Shown piece by piece: positions 28,948 to 39,531 of a stretch of DNA of 64,000 nucleotides. The position numbers and the translations under genes are program-made. Source of the DNA: Blastocatellia bacterium (GTDB lineage Bacteria > Acidobacteriota > Blastocatellia > UBA7656); assembly GCA_963765495.1 (NCBI GenBank), contig CAVXWP010000001.1, forward strand, positions 480,001-544,000. The letters are read 5' to 3'. How positions within the stretch are numbered: the first letter of the stretch is position 1; each line of letters opens with the position of its first letter. A model generated the notes under the pieces. The model was not told the DNA's origin and ran no database searches. It was given only the letters and a program-made list of their open reading frames with translations.

Positions 28948-31656
28948 TTACGGCTTGGCTTCGACCCAGTTGCGGCCTACGCCGAGGTCAACCGTCAGCG
29001 GGACCGCAAGTTTGTAAACCGTTTCCATCTCTTCGCGCACCACTGCGGTTGTGCGTTCAACTTCGGCTTCGGGCACTTCAAGCAGCAGTTCGTCGTGAAC
29101 CTGAAGTATCATCCGTGCGCCGAGCCGTTCGCGGATCAGCCGGTCGTGGACGCGAATCATAGCCATCTTGACCAGGTCGGCAGCGGTGCCCTGAAGTGGC
29201 GCGTTGATCGCTTCGCGTTCTGCGCGGGCGCGAAGGTTGTGGTTGCGATTGTTGATATCAGGGATAGGCCGTATGCGCCCGAACAGGGTCTTTACCAGCC
29301 CGGTCTCGCGCACACGCTCGGGCGTCTCTTCCATATAGCGGCGCACGCCCGTGTATGTCTCGTAATAATTATCTATCGCCTTTTTGGCCTCGGCTCTGGT
29401 CAGCCCGGTCCTTTGCGCCAGCCCGAACGGGCCTACATCATACGCGATGGCAAAATTGACTACCTTGGCAAGGCGGCGATATTCGGCCTCTTCCTCGGGG
29501 GTCTTCGCGCCAAACACGGCCCGCGCCGTTCGCGCGTGTATATCTTCGTTATGATTGAACGCTTCGGTCATCACAGGGTCGCCGGTCAGGTGCGCGAACA
29601 GGCGGAGTTCGATCTGTGAATAATCGGCCGACATCAACAGATAACCGGGCGAAGGCACGAAAGCCGCACGAATGCGGCGACCGAGTTCCGAGCGTATCGG
29701 AATGTTTTGAAGATTTGGATTAGTGGATGAGAGCCGCCCCGTCGCCGCAACCGCCTGATTCAACGTAGTGTGAACGCGGCCCGTTCGCGGGTCTATCAGC
29801 TTCGGCAGCGCGTCAACATATGTGTTCTTGAGCTTTGTGATCTCGCGATATTCGATAATCAGCCGGGGCAGTTCATATTTGGCGGCAAGCTCTTCGAGCA
29901 CGTCGGATGATGTTGATATGCGCCCGGTCTTTGTTTTGCGGCCGACTTCGAAATTTAGCTTCTCAAAGATTTCGCCAAGCTGAACGGTCGAATTGATATT
30001 GAACTCTTCTCCGGCAAGCTTGTAAATCTCTCCGGTGAGCCGACTGATCTCGGCCTCCATCCCACGGTTTGCCTCTTCAAGCGCGCCGGTGTCGATGCGT
30101 ACGCCTATGCGCTCCATCTCGAAGAGTATCTCGACCAGAGGCAATTCTATATCGTTATAGACGCGTTCGAGTTCGGCCGTCTCAAGGCGTGCGCGCAAAA
30201 CGTCCGCGAGGTGAAATGTGAGATCGGCCGCCTGCAATGCCTGCGCGTCCGAAGCATCGAAATCGTCTACGGTTTCGGCCAGTTCCAACCCCAGGTATTC
30301 TCGCGCAAGGTCGGCTACGCGGTAGCCGGTTCGATTCGGATCGAGCAGATAAGCCGCAAGCATCGTATCCTCTTCAACGCCTTCGATGCGAATGGCGGGT
30401 TCGAAATCGCGAATGCACCCGTCGCTTGATCCTTCCGAGGCGGGCGACTGTCCGCACACATAGCGGTCAAGCGCCGTGAGCGCCCCCTTCCAATCGTGCA
30501 CCGATTTTCGTAAGAGACCGTTTTCCAGCACCTCTTTTACGCCTGTCAAAGGATCAATTCCAGGTTCAAATTTCTCGAAATCAATCAACGCGGCATTCAT
30601 CATAGCCGTAGAGATCGCGATGCCGTAAGGCACGCCTCCGCGCTCGGCTATGGACAGGGCTATGCGATCAAGCGACCAGAGCGATTTGATAAACTTTTCG
30701 AGTTCATTGGCGGTCGTGATTCGCGCGTATCTGGGCTTGCCGGGCTTGCGGGCCGCGACCGTGGCCACGGAATCGTGCGTGGCCGCATCGGCAAACTCGC
30801 GTGTGAGTTGCGAAAACTCAAGCTCGGAAAACAGTTCGTAAGCGGCCTTGCGGTCAGGCTCCTCGTAGCGCAGGGCTTCAAGGTCAAGCTCAATCGGCAT
30901 GTCGCATTTGATCGTAGCCAGTTCCTGCGATTGGCGGATCAGCGGGATATTGTTTTTGAGGCTCTCGCGATAAGTCTTGCGCGATATTTCGTCGGCGTGA
31001 GCGAGCGCGTTTTCAAGTGTGCCGTATTGCTGGATCAGTTGCTTTGCGCCTTTTTCACCTACGCCGGGCGCGCCCGGAATGTTATCGGATGAATCGCCCC
31101 ACAGCCCCAGCAGATCGACTATCTGATCCGGGCGCACGCTGAATTTCTCTTCGACCGCCTTCGCATCCATCAGAGTCATTCCGCCCGCCCGCTCCGTACG
31201 CAGCACCTTGACGTGCTCGTTTACGAGTTGACACATGTCCTTGTCGTTGGTCACAAGCACAACGTCAAGCCCGGCCTGGTCGGCTTTGCAGGCGAGAGTC
31301 CCGATGATGTCGTCGGCCTCGTATCCGGGCACTCGCGTGAGAGGAACGCGCAAGGCTTCACACACGCGCTCGATGTAGGCAAGCTGCGGGACAAGATCAT
31401 CCGGCATAAGCCCTCGCGTGGCCTTGTATGCCTCGAAGGAGTCGTGACGAAACGTGCGTTCCGGGGAATCGAATGCCACACCCAGATAATCGGGCTTTTC
31501 CGAAGCGATCAACCGGCGCAACATCATCGTGAATCCGTAGATCGCGTTTGTCGCAAGCCCGCTCGAATTCGTCAATCCGCGAATCGCGTAATAGGCGCGA
31601 TATACCTGCGACATCCCATCGACCAGGAACAGTCGCTTGTTTTGAGTTTCGGCCAT
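28948..31656 (-). CDS. polA: DNA polymerase I (5'-3' nuclease plus polymerase; degenerate 3'-5' exo domain)
   Basis: LFLVDG, YEADD, GDSSDNIPG; ATGRLSS, DYSQIELR, QVHDEL. Confidence 0.96.
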   Translation of the reverse strand: MAETQNKRLFLVDGMSQVYRAYYAIRGLTNSSGLATNAIYGFTMMLRRLIASEKPDYLGVAFDSPERTFRHDSFEAYKATRGLMPDDLVPQLAYIERVCEALRVPLTRVPGYEADDIIGTLACKADQAGLDVVLVTNDKDMCQLVNEHVKVLRTERAGGMTLMDAKAVEEKFSVRPDQIVDLLGLWGDSSDNIPGAPGVGEKGAKQLIQQYGTLENALAHADEISRKTYRESLKNNIPLIRQSQELATIKCDMPIELDLEALRYEEPDRKAAYELFSELEFSQLTREFADAATHDSVATVAARKPGKPRYARITTANELEKFIKSLWSLDRIALSIAERGGVPYGIAISTAMMNAALIDFEKFEPGIDPLTGVKEVLENGLLRKSVHDWKGALTALDRYVCGQSPASEGSSDGCIRDFEPAIRIEGVEEDTMLAAYLLDPNRTGYRVADLAREYLGLELAETVDDFDASDAQALQAADLTFHLADVLRARLETAELERVYNDIELPLVEILFEMERIGVRIDTGALEEANRGMEAEISRLTGEIYKLAGEEFNINSTVQLGEIFEKLNFEVGRKTKTGRISTSSDVLEELAAKYELPRLIIEYREITKLKNTYVDALPKLIDPRTGRVHTTLNQAVAATGRLSSTNPNLQNIPIRSELGRRIRAAFVPSPGYLLMSADYSQIELRLFAHLTGDPVMTEAFNHNEDIHARTARAVFGAKTPEEEAEYRRLAKVVNFAIAYDVGPFGLAQRTGLTRAEAKKAIDNYYETYTGVRRYMEETPERVRETGLVKTLFGRIRPIPDINNRNHNLRARAEREAINAPLQGTAADLVKMAMIRVHDRLIRERLGARMILQVHDELLLEVPEAEVERTTAVVREEMETVYKLAVPLTVDLGVGRNWVEAKP

Positions 31657-31756
31657 AAAAGGGATAGTACGGGCCGCCTTTTCTGAGTGTCAAGGAGACG
31701 CATCCGAGCGGGTGGGAATGGACCTATTTTACTTCTGCCCGTCTGAGGTCCGAGAA

Positions 31757-31787
31757 TTGAAATCTCAGATTTGAGATTTCGGATTGA
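31757..31787. repeat. TCTCAAA/TTTGAGA-type heptamer hairpin
   Basis: TGAAATCTCAGATTTGAGATTTCG. Confidence 0.55.
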
Positions 31788-32005
31788 AGCGTGTGCGCGC
31801 CCGCAATTCAGTCTAAAACATCCCGGCAGATATTATCGGGGAAGCGCAGGCACGGCGACGCCAGCTAAAGTGGATTCCGGCCGCTCACTATTAACGCATC
31901 ACTGGCGCATAAGACCGGCGATCTGTCAGATATGGTCTTTTGTCGCCACCCGGACTTGTTGGTCGTAAGTGGCCGCCGCCCCCGTGCCTTCGCTTCCCCA
32001 ATTCC

Positions 32006-35000
32006 CTAACTCGATTTCGGTTTCTTTCTCTTGTAAGAAAACTCCGGCGTAGTCTGCCCGGTCTTGGGCACCACGACGATTACATTTACAAATTTGCCCT
32101 CGGGGACACGCTTATTCATCTTCTTATCATTGCTGCTGATTCGCTTGCAGATGTTTGTGGATGAATCGCATTTCTCGTTAAAGACGAGTTTTTTCATCTT
32201 CTGACCATCTACATAAATGTTGGTCTGGTTCATGCGGAAGTTTCTGCCGAATACCTGAAGCTGGCCTTTCTTTCCGCCTTCGGGGTCGAAATCAACCTCT
32301 GTGATTATCGGCAGCGGCCACACTTCGAATTTACCGGCGGAAGTGACGGTGGCGGAATTGCCCGCGCCGTCGTAAAGCGTTATCCGCACTTTGCCTTTTG
32401 TCGTGTCGAGTGGCGCAGGCACCTGCCAGTCATAGCTCTGCTGCTCGCCGCTGCTCGGCGCTATGAGCGAGATTATCCGCTGGAAGGTCGTGCCGTTGTC
32501 GGTCGAAAGCTCTATGACTCGCTGCACAACGCCCACGTTGTCATTTTCGGTCCACTTGATGGTTGCGACCGTACCGCCGCCGAGCACAGTGTCTGTGTTT
32601 GGCGAAAGCAGCAACACATCCGGCGGGGAAGTGTCGGGTGGGCCGTTGACTATCTCGAACGGATTTGCGGACACAGACGAGACAGGCAGATTGACACCAT
32701 CAAGCGCCGTGACCTTTATCCTTCCGAAAGGCGTTGGGAAGGATGGTATCTTCCAATCGAAGGTGCGCGCGGTTCCGTTGAGCACGGCTATGGTGTTATA
32801 GGTCACACCGTTGTCGGAGGAGAACTCTACGCGCTGGCTTTGAATCTCTTTATCGTCGGATGCATCCCAGAGGATGCGGACAAGATCGCCCACCATAAGT
32901 CGTTCCCCGCCCTGTGGATAAGAGAGTTTGACCGTCGGCGGATCATCCGTGCTTCCGCCGCCGCCGCCGCCGTCTCCACCACCATCGTCCTGCGGCTGCG
33001 CGTTATAGGCGACAAGCGCGAAATCCTGATCGGTCGCATCTCCATTGCCGGGCACTCCGTCGCCCGCGATGGTTGCGGCCACTACGTGGATTGTAAATTC
33101 GCCTGTGACGCCTTCGGGCAGCCAGACCGATTCCACGTTGTTCAATTTATCCGCTACGCCGGATTCAACCGATATCGTTCCCGCGAAATTGTTTCCCAGG
33201 TAGGTCTTTCCGCCGATTTCCACGCGGAGGTCGAGGTCGTTTACAACAGGGTTTCCGGCGGGCGAGCCGGGCGCATCCGACCAGGCCAGCGTAACGCGGA
33301 AAGGTTTTGTCGGGTCGGCGACAAAACCGCTCAGGGTAAACTCTTCGCCGGTAGCCTTGAGCATCTGGTCCTCATCCACCGACATTCGGCTCACGCCGTC
33401 AAGCGCGCGGCCTATATTCAAGAGTCCCCACCCCTGGCTATTGCCCGGCAGGTTGTCGCCGGCAAGCGTGCCCGTCAGGTAATCGGTAGAGTTGGTCAGA
33501 AATGCCTTGATCATCGCCGGGCTCGCGGGTCGGCTGGTAGTCTCTTGAAAGTACTGTCGGATGAGAGCCGCCGCTCCGGCAACTGCCGGGGCCGAGTGGC
33601 TCGTACCTGATGACCAGGTGTAAAGCGACTGGCCCGGAGGGAAATCTTTTGGTCCGCAGACACCCCCGGCATTGAAGGCGGGGTCCTGAGATTGCGCGCC
33701 CTGAATATGCGTGCCGGGCGCTACGATTTCGGGTTTTACGCGCCCGTCGGTAGCCGGGCCGCCGGAGGAAAAACTTATTACCGAATTTACGTCACTGGCT
33801 CCCGACGATGGAATCTGGCATCCGTCGGTGGCCGTGGGTCTGAAGTTCTGGCTCGCGCCCACGGTGATTACGTTCTTGGCCGTTCCCGGCGACGAGAGAT
33901 GTCCGTTTGGTCCCTGATTGCCCGAAGAAAATACTATGGTCATCTCCTGATTGCCCGAGACTGACGAGCGCGCGTCTCTCACAAGCACGTCGTAAAGCTG
34001 GCTGTCGAGCGAGTATGCATTATTGGCGGCTCCCCAGCTATTGCTCGAAATGCGAGCGCCGTTGCGGTACATCCCGTCTACCATCGAGGCGAGGCTCGGA
34101 TTGGTATAAGACGGAGCGAATATCTTTGTGGAGCCAAGCTTGACGAACGGGTGGATTCCAAGCCCGTAGCTGTATCCCACCGAATCAACATAAGGGAAGG
34201 CTGTGCCCGTATTGTAGCCGCCTATGATCGAGGCGTTGATTGTTCCGTGGCCGGTCGTATCATTTATGGGCGAATCGCTTTCCTCGCTGCCTTCCACGTA
34301 TCGGGCATAGACTACGCGAGCTACGCCCGCGACATTCAGGAAATCCGGGTGCAGCACCTCGGGGTCGAGCACGCCTCTATCCATTCCGCTGTCGGAAACG
34401 TCTACGATAAAATCCGGCGTCGAGGCCAGCCCTTTTGATTGCAGCCACGCGAGATACCCGGGCGGGTCGAGCACATTGCCGGAATGTTTTCCGGCGACTA
34501 TCAGCCCCTGTCTTTCGTCGTGCAGTACGGGCGCGTGCCACTCTTCGATCCAGACAACATCGCTTCCGCGCGCTATCTGCGCAAGCTCGGATGTGCGCAC
34601 GTTCATCCGCACGTTTCTGTATTTGAGAACATCGACAGGCTCGCCCACGACCCGTCCTGAAAGCGTTCTCACGGCAAGGTTTTGCATCTGTGTATCGGGC
34701 TGAAGGTCCTTCACGAGTTGAACCGTGACGGTGATCTCCCTGTCGGAGTCGAGGGAAATTTCAGGCGCGATCTTATAGGCGGGTTTGTAAGCGCCCGACC
34801 ATTGAACGAATCCCCCATTGGCAACCGCGAGGCGGTTGATACGATTCAGGTTGCTCTCGCTTGCGCGAACGAGAAAGGCGTTATTGGGAATATAATTGAT
34901 GATTTCAGCGGCTTCGGCCAACTGGTCGATCCACTCGCGTTTGGCCGGACCTACCATCTGAACGAGGTAGAGCTGTTCAACGGCCGGGTCGGGCCTGGCA

Positions 35001-35389
35001 AGCGCGTTTACGGTTGGAAGCTCGCCTTCGGTAGTATCAAAGGCCCCGGCTCTCAGGAAAATAACATTCATATCGTCGCGCACTGCCGACCCCGCGGCCG
35101 AGGCTACGCTGAGCATTTCGGCGGCCTGTCCCGGCGCGTCGAGCAATGCAAAAGCCCCGTAATCGGCAATGACCGAGCCTCCCTCAGCCAGTAAACGGTC
35201 GCGCAGTTGTTGCTCCCCGGCATAAACGATGACCTTATGAGCTGATGTTTTACTGCGATAAAATGAATTGAACTGCGGCTGCGGGTTTGCGCGCGGCGCG
35301 GAATCTGATCGAGCGGGAAGATTGCCCGCCGACACGAGCGCAAGAACGAATACTGAGACGCAAAGAATATGTAGCTTGAATCGAGACAT
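32006..35389 (-). CDS. Secreted S8 (subtilisin-like) serine peptidase with C-terminal Ig-like repeats
   Basis: Signal peptide; catalytic D (DVSDSG), H (GHGT), S (SGTSHSAP); TAKNVITVGA; two PxVxLxxP...W Ig-like modules. Confidence 0.92.
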   Translation of the reverse strand: MSRFKLHILCVSVFVLALVSAGNLPARSDSAPRANPQPQFNSFYRSKTSAHKVIVYAGEQQLRDRLLAEGGSVIADYGAFALLDAPGQAAEMLSVASAAGSAVRDDMNVIFLRAGAFDTTEGELPTVNALARPDPAVEQLYLVQMVGPAKREWIDQLAEAAEIINYIPNNAFLVRASESNLNRINRLAVANGGFVQWSGAYKPAYKIAPEISLDSDREITVTVQLVKDLQPDTQMQNLAVRTLSGRVVGEPVDVLKYRNVRMNVRTSELAQIARGSDVVWIEEWHAPVLHDERQGLIVAGKHSGNVLDPPGYLAWLQSKGLASTPDFIVDVSDSGMDRGVLDPEVLHPDFLNVAGVARVVYARYVEGSEESDSPINDTTGHGTINASIIGGYNTGTAFPYVDSVGYSYGLGIHPFVKLGSTKIFAPSYTNPSLASMVDGMYRNGARISSNSWGAANNAYSLDSQLYDVLVRDARSSVSGNQEMTIVFSSGNQGPNGHLSSPGTAKNVITVGASQNFRPTATDGCQIPSSGASDVNSVISFSSGGPATDGRVKPEIVAPGTHIQGAQSQDPAFNAGGVCGPKDFPPGQSLYTWSSGTSHSAPAVAGAAALIRQYFQETTSRPASPAMIKAFLTNSTDYLTGTLAGDNLPGNSQGWGLLNIGRALDGVSRMSVDEDQMLKATGEEFTLSGFVADPTKPFRVTLAWSDAPGSPAGNPVVNDLDLRVEIGGKTYLGNNFAGTISVESGVADKLNNVESVWLPEGVTGEFTIHVVAATIAGDGVPGNGDATDQDFALVAYNAQPQDDGGGDGGGGGGSTDDPPTVKLSYPQGGERLMVGDLVRILWDASDDKEIQSQRVEFSSDNGVTYNTIAVLNGTARTFDWKIPSFPTPFGRIKVTALDGVNLPVSSVSANPFEIVNGPPDTSPPDVLLLSPNTDTVLGGGTVATIKWTENDNVGVVQRVIELSTDNGTTFQRIISLIAPSSGEQQSYDWQVPAPLDTTKGKVRITLYDGAGNSATVTSAGKFEVWPLPIITEVDFDPEGGKKGQLQVFGRNFRMNQTNIYVDGQKMKKLVFNEKCDSSTNICKRISSNDKKMNKRVPEGKFVNVIVVVPKTGQTTPEFSYKRKKPKSS

Positions 35390-36048
35390 TTGACACCTGC
35401 CTGGGTTATGCAGACACGTTTCTTAACCAGTCCGGCACAGGCCGACCATTAAAAGCGACCATTAAAAGAGTGATCAAAAGATTTGTTCATTCAACCAGAC
35501 TTACGTGTTTGCATGTGGGGGAAAATCAACGAAGGGGCAAACAAATAAACAACTTGCCAACTTGTGTGCGATGGTAAGATAAGGCCCTCCGAGTGTCAAC
35601 ACTTTTATCAGCCAAAAAACCAAACTTGTGCGCCCTGGCCGGTTGAGTTAGTTTCTTGGCGGCCTTTTTGTAGTTGGCGGTCCCGTTTTTTTCTCAATCA
35701 AATTTGAGGAGTTATGCGCATTCGCCTGATTGCTGTCTGAGCGCCCCTATGCGCCACGGGTTTATTGTGGCTGCCCGGATGGCCCGAGATGGCCTGAGAT
35801 GTGCTTCGCACACGGCGGGCGATGACTGTCATCGCGCTGACGACGGATTCGGGCAGGGACAAGCCCGCGCTGTGCGAAGCACATTATGCGCCAATCGCCC
35901 CTACATCTTATCCGACTTTGCAACAGCCCTGCATATCTATCGCGTTCCATTGAAAAGTATTGAGGACAGATGCTACGCTATCAACCTGCGATGGCCCCGT
36001 GCGATCCCGAGACCATCCCTTTTAATCGGTTGGAGGCAAGAACTACTA

Positions 36049-38478
36049 GTGGGAGCCGATTACGCCGGAAGCAAGGCGAGAATATACTGCGGGGTCTTTC
36101 TCATCAGTCTCTCCATTTTAATGCTTGAGCTGGTGCTGACTCGTATATTCTCCGTAACGATGTATTACCATTTCGCCTTCATGGCAATCTCGATAGCCTT
36201 ATTTGGGTCAGGTGCAAGCGGTGTATATGTTTATCTGAAATCAAGACGCTTCACCCAGGACCGCGCGCTCAAAGACATGGCCGTGTGCTCTATGGGGATG
36301 TCGGTCTCCATACTGATTGCCCTCGTTGTTTTGCTCAATGTGAGTGTAGGGCTTGTTCCCTCATTTCGCAGCTATCTGACGCTGACGGCTCTTTATCTGG
36401 TCTCGGCCGGACCGTTCTTTTTCGGCGGCATAATCATATCGCTTTCGATGAAGCATCTGGCGGCCACATCGGGGAAGCTCTATTTTTTCGATTTGATCGG
36501 CGCAAGCCTCGGGTGCCTGATGGTGATTCCGGCGCTGAACTGGCTTGGCGGGCCGGGGGCCATGATGGCAGTAGCGATCATTGCCGCGTCAAGCGCCCTT
36601 GCCTTTTCGTGGAAGATAGAGGACGGGCGCAAACTCACGCGCCTGGCCCTCGTGCTTGCGACGGCGGTTATAGCGCTTGCGGCCTTTAATCAGAGATTCA
36701 ATATCCTGGCCGTCAGATGGGCAAAGGGGCTGCCTGAAAAGCCTTCTATTTTCGCAAAGTGGAATTCATTTTCACGCGTGACCGTCTCAGGCGACCTGAG
36801 CGATGTAAAGCCGTTGTGGGTAACTATAGATTCCGACGCGGCCACGCCCATCCTCCATTACAGCAACAATGCCGACGCGATGGATTACGTAGAGCGAGCC
36901 GTTTCGGCGCTCGCTTATCAGATAAAGCCTGCGCCCCGTGTGCTGATCATAGGTCCGGGCGGCGGGCGCGAGGTTGTGACCGCGCTTGAATCAGGGAGCC
37001 GGGATGTTACGGGTGTCGAGGTCAATGGAATCATTGTCCAGGACGTGATGCAGCAGGAGCCCTATAGAAGTTTTTCCGGCAATCTTTACAACCGGCCGGA
37101 AGTCAAAGCCGTGGTGGACGAAGGCCGCAGCTACATACGCGCAAGCAGCGAGCGTTACGACATAATTCAAGCCTCGCTCATAGATACGTGGGCCGCCAAT
37201 GCGGCGGGCGCGTTTGCGCTGACGGAAAACAACCTCTACACGGTCGAAGCCTTCAAGCAGTACATGGATCACCTGAATGATGACGGCATTCTGACCATGA
37301 CGCGATGGCTGCTCGACCCTCCGCAGCAGGAGCTTCGGCTGGTCAGCCTCGCCCGCGAGTTGATGGCCCGCGAGGGCGTGCCAAATCCTGAACGCCACCT
37401 CGCCATATTCAAAGCGCCGGGGCGCGGCGAGCGCGTCGAAACCAGTTTCCTGTTTAAGAAGAGCGAGTTCACCGATGAGGAAGTGCGAACGCTTGAGGCT
37501 CACGCCGCCAGAACGGGCTGCGAAGTGATGTACACGCCCCTGACCCGACCGGCAAATGTCTTTACCGAGCTTGCGACCACTTCCGACCGGGAAGCTTTCT
37601 ATAACAAATATCCCATCAACGTGCGCCCGACTTTTGATGACAGTCCCTTCTTCTTCTATCACGTCGAGCTTGCCGACGTGCCGGAGGCATTTCGACTCAC
37701 GAACGAATCGCAGAAGACAAACATGGGCGTATTCGTGCTGTTCAGCCTGTTGATTATAACCTTGATGCTTGTGGCGGCATTCATACTCGGCCCTCTCATT
37801 CTATCGAAAGGGCGTTTGATTACCGATTCTCCGGCATCTACCCTGACCCGGTTGCTTTACTTCGGATTTCTGGGGCTGGGATTCATCATCATCGAGATGG
37901 CGATGATTCAACGGTTCATACTCTTTCTGGGCCACCCCGTCTATGCGCTCGCCGTTGTGCTGTTTTCCATTCTGCTGTGGAGCGGTATGGGCAGCCTCGT
38001 GACCTCCAGGGTTTCAAACCGCAGACTTGAAACAAGCGCCGCGTGGGCGCTTGCGACCATCGCAATTCTTACTCTGATCTATGTGCAGGTGCTTCCCCTG
38101 CTGATAGACAGATTCGGCGGACAGGCATTAGGCGTTCGAATGCTTATCGCGATAGTCTTTCTGATACCGCTGGCGCTGCTGCTCGGAATGCCCATGCCTT
38201 TAGGCATAAGACTTCTCAACCAGCGAGCGCCGCATCTGATCCCGTGGGCGTGGGGCATCAACGGCGCGACTTCTGTTATGGGGTCGGTAGCCTCGGTGAT
38301 AATAGCCATGAACTGGGGTTTCAGTCGTGCGCTTGTAGTTGGCTCGCTAGCCTATCTGTGTTCGATGGTCTTGATAGCATTTCGCGCTCGCAGCGACCGG
38401 GGCCGGGCTTTCACCGAAACAGATGCTTCGGAAGCGAACTCCAGGCCGGAGCCGGTGCTGGTTCCCGCAGGCGATTGA
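36049..38478 (+). CDS. Membrane-bound spermidine-synthase-like class I SAM-dependent methyltransferase
   Basis: GTG 36049 after GGAGG; N- and C-terminal TM bundles; VLIIGPGGG, GVEVN, DEGRSY, YDIIQ, ENNLYTVEAF, WAWGING. Confidence 0.82.
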   Translation: MGADYAGSKARIYCGVFLISLSILMLELVLTRIFSVTMYYHFAFMAISIALFGSGASGVYVYLKSRRFTQDRALKDMAVCSMGMSVSILIALVVLLNVSVGLVPSFRSYLTLTALYLVSAGPFFFGGIIISLSMKHLAATSGKLYFFDLIGASLGCLMVIPALNWLGGPGAMMAVAIIAASSALAFSWKIEDGRKLTRLALVLATAVIALAAFNQRFNILAVRWAKGLPEKPSIFAKWNSFSRVTVSGDLSDVKPLWVTIDSDAATPILHYSNNADAMDYVERAVSALAYQIKPAPRVLIIGPGGGREVVTALESGSRDVTGVEVNGIIVQDVMQQEPYRSFSGNLYNRPEVKAVVDEGRSYIRASSERYDIIQASLIDTWAANAAGAFALTENNLYTVEAFKQYMDHLNDDGILTMTRWLLDPPQQELRLVSLARELMAREGVPNPERHLAIFKAPGRGERVETSFLFKKSEFTDEEVRTLEAHAARTGCEVMYTPLTRPANVFTELATTSDREAFYNKYPINVRPTFDDSPFFFYHVELADVPEAFRLTNESQKTNMGVFVLFSLLIITLMLVAAFILGPLILSKGRLITDSPASTLTRLLYFGFLGLGFIIIEMAMIQRFILFLGHPVYALAVVLFSILLWSGMGSLVTSRVSNRRLETSAAWALATIAILTLIYVQVLPLLIDRFGGQALGVRMLIAIVFLIPLALLLGMPMPLGIRLLNQRAPHLIPWAWGINGATSVMGSVASVIIAMNWGFSRALVVGSLAYLCSMVLIAFRARSDRGRAFTETDASEANSRPEPVLVPAGD

Positions 38479-38489
38479 TGAGGGGCTGA

Positions 38490-38597
38490 TGCGTGATCCG
38501 TGATTCGTGATTAACCAGACTTGCAAGTTATCTTGAACCTGCGGCTGCCTGAAAATCACGGATCACGGATCACGCATCACGAATTACGCATCACGAA
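38490..38597. repeat. ATCACGV heptamer inverted array
   Basis: GCGTGATCCGTGATTCGTGAT ... ATCACGGATCACGGATCACGCATCACGAATTACGCATCACGAA. Confidence 0.8.
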
Positions 38598-38598
38598 A

Positions 38599-39351
38599 AT
38601 GAGCAATTTACTACGCGACACCTTTTCGACCATCTCATCTTCGGTCGAGGCCCGTCTGTTTGCAGAGTACGGCGCGGTCTTTGTTACCTCAGCCACGCCT
38701 CCGCCTGTCCTCATCTTTACCGATGCCGCGGAGGTTGAGCAGTACCAGTTATCTCTGCCGGTCAAAAGCGCCCTCCTTGGAGAGCATAAGATAGAGCTTC
38801 AATCGGAGGCGCTTGTTCGGTTGACTCAGGCCGCCGCCGAAATTGAAGCTCGGGGAGGCCGCATCACCGCCCGCGCAAGTGATTCGGGAAGGCGCTCATT
38901 TGATGAGACCACGAATCTCTGGAATCGCAATCTGACTCGCGGCCTTGAGCACTGGCAAAATCTCGGTCGAATGGATTTCAATCAGGCGCGTGAAATTCGC
39001 GAGGCCGCCCTGACAGATCAAATAGCAATTGTCCTGGACATCGAAGAAGCCAGCCAGCTTTACTTCGGCACATATTTCGACAGGACTATACTTTCATCCG
39101 TAGCCGCGCCCGGCGCTTCTCAGCACCTCTCGATGCTCGCCTTCGATGTGGCCGAGTTTCAAGATGAGCAGGTCGAAGGCGCGCTAAACCATTCGGGCTG
39201 GTTTCGAACGGTTGTGAATGACCTCCCTCATTTCACATTCCTCGGTCGCAGCGAAGATGAGCTTCCCAGTCTCGGGCTCAAACAATACACCTGCGAGTAC
39301 GGCTCGCGAAACTATCTATTCTGGATTCCTGATCTTGAGGCGCTTCGGTAG
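38599..39351 (+). CDS. M15-like (D-Ala-D-Ala metallopeptidase fold) protein
   Basis: SGRRS and APGASQHLSMLAFD (SxHxxxxAxD), plus DLPHFTF. Confidence 0.6.
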   Translation: MSNLLRDTFSTISSSVEARLFAEYGAVFVTSATPPPVLIFTDAAEVEQYQLSLPVKSALLGEHKIELQSEALVRLTQAAAEIEARGGRITARASDSGRRSFDETTNLWNRNLTRGLEHWQNLGRMDFNQAREIREAALTDQIAIVLDIEEASQLYFGTYFDRTILSSVAAPGASQHLSMLAFDVAEFQDEQVEGALNHSGWFRTVVNDLPHFTFLGRSEDELPSLGLKQYTCEYGSRNYLFWIPDLEALR

Positions 39352-39515
39352 CGCGAGATGCACATTTATGTCTCAACCGTGTGAAAGTAATGTGCCTACA
39401 GAGCGCGAATCAAAATTCATCTCAAAAGAGAAACCACGCCTTGAGATAGTTGTTTTCCGAGCAATTACGCAAGTTAGCGTCAAAATTGAAAAAAACGCGT
39501 CGCGATTTGAGTCTG

Positions 39516-39531
39516 TGGCACACAGGTTGTT
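39516..39531 (+). promoter_or_regulatory. Putative sigma-54 -24/-12 promoter
   Basis: TGGCACACAGGTTGTT versus consensus TGGCAC-N5-TTGC; one mismatch at -12. Confidence 0.45.

Noticed and set aside
35758-35884. Structured element as retron msr/msd, tmRNA, SRP or 6S RNA
   Set aside because: No reverse transcriptase is nearby and I could not match the hallmark sequences; kept only as an unassigned candidate.
35674-36048. 125-aa N-terminal extension of the 934-aa ORF
   Set aside because: The composition is not protein-like, it overlaps a structured element, and a GGAGG-preceded GTG at 36049 fits better.
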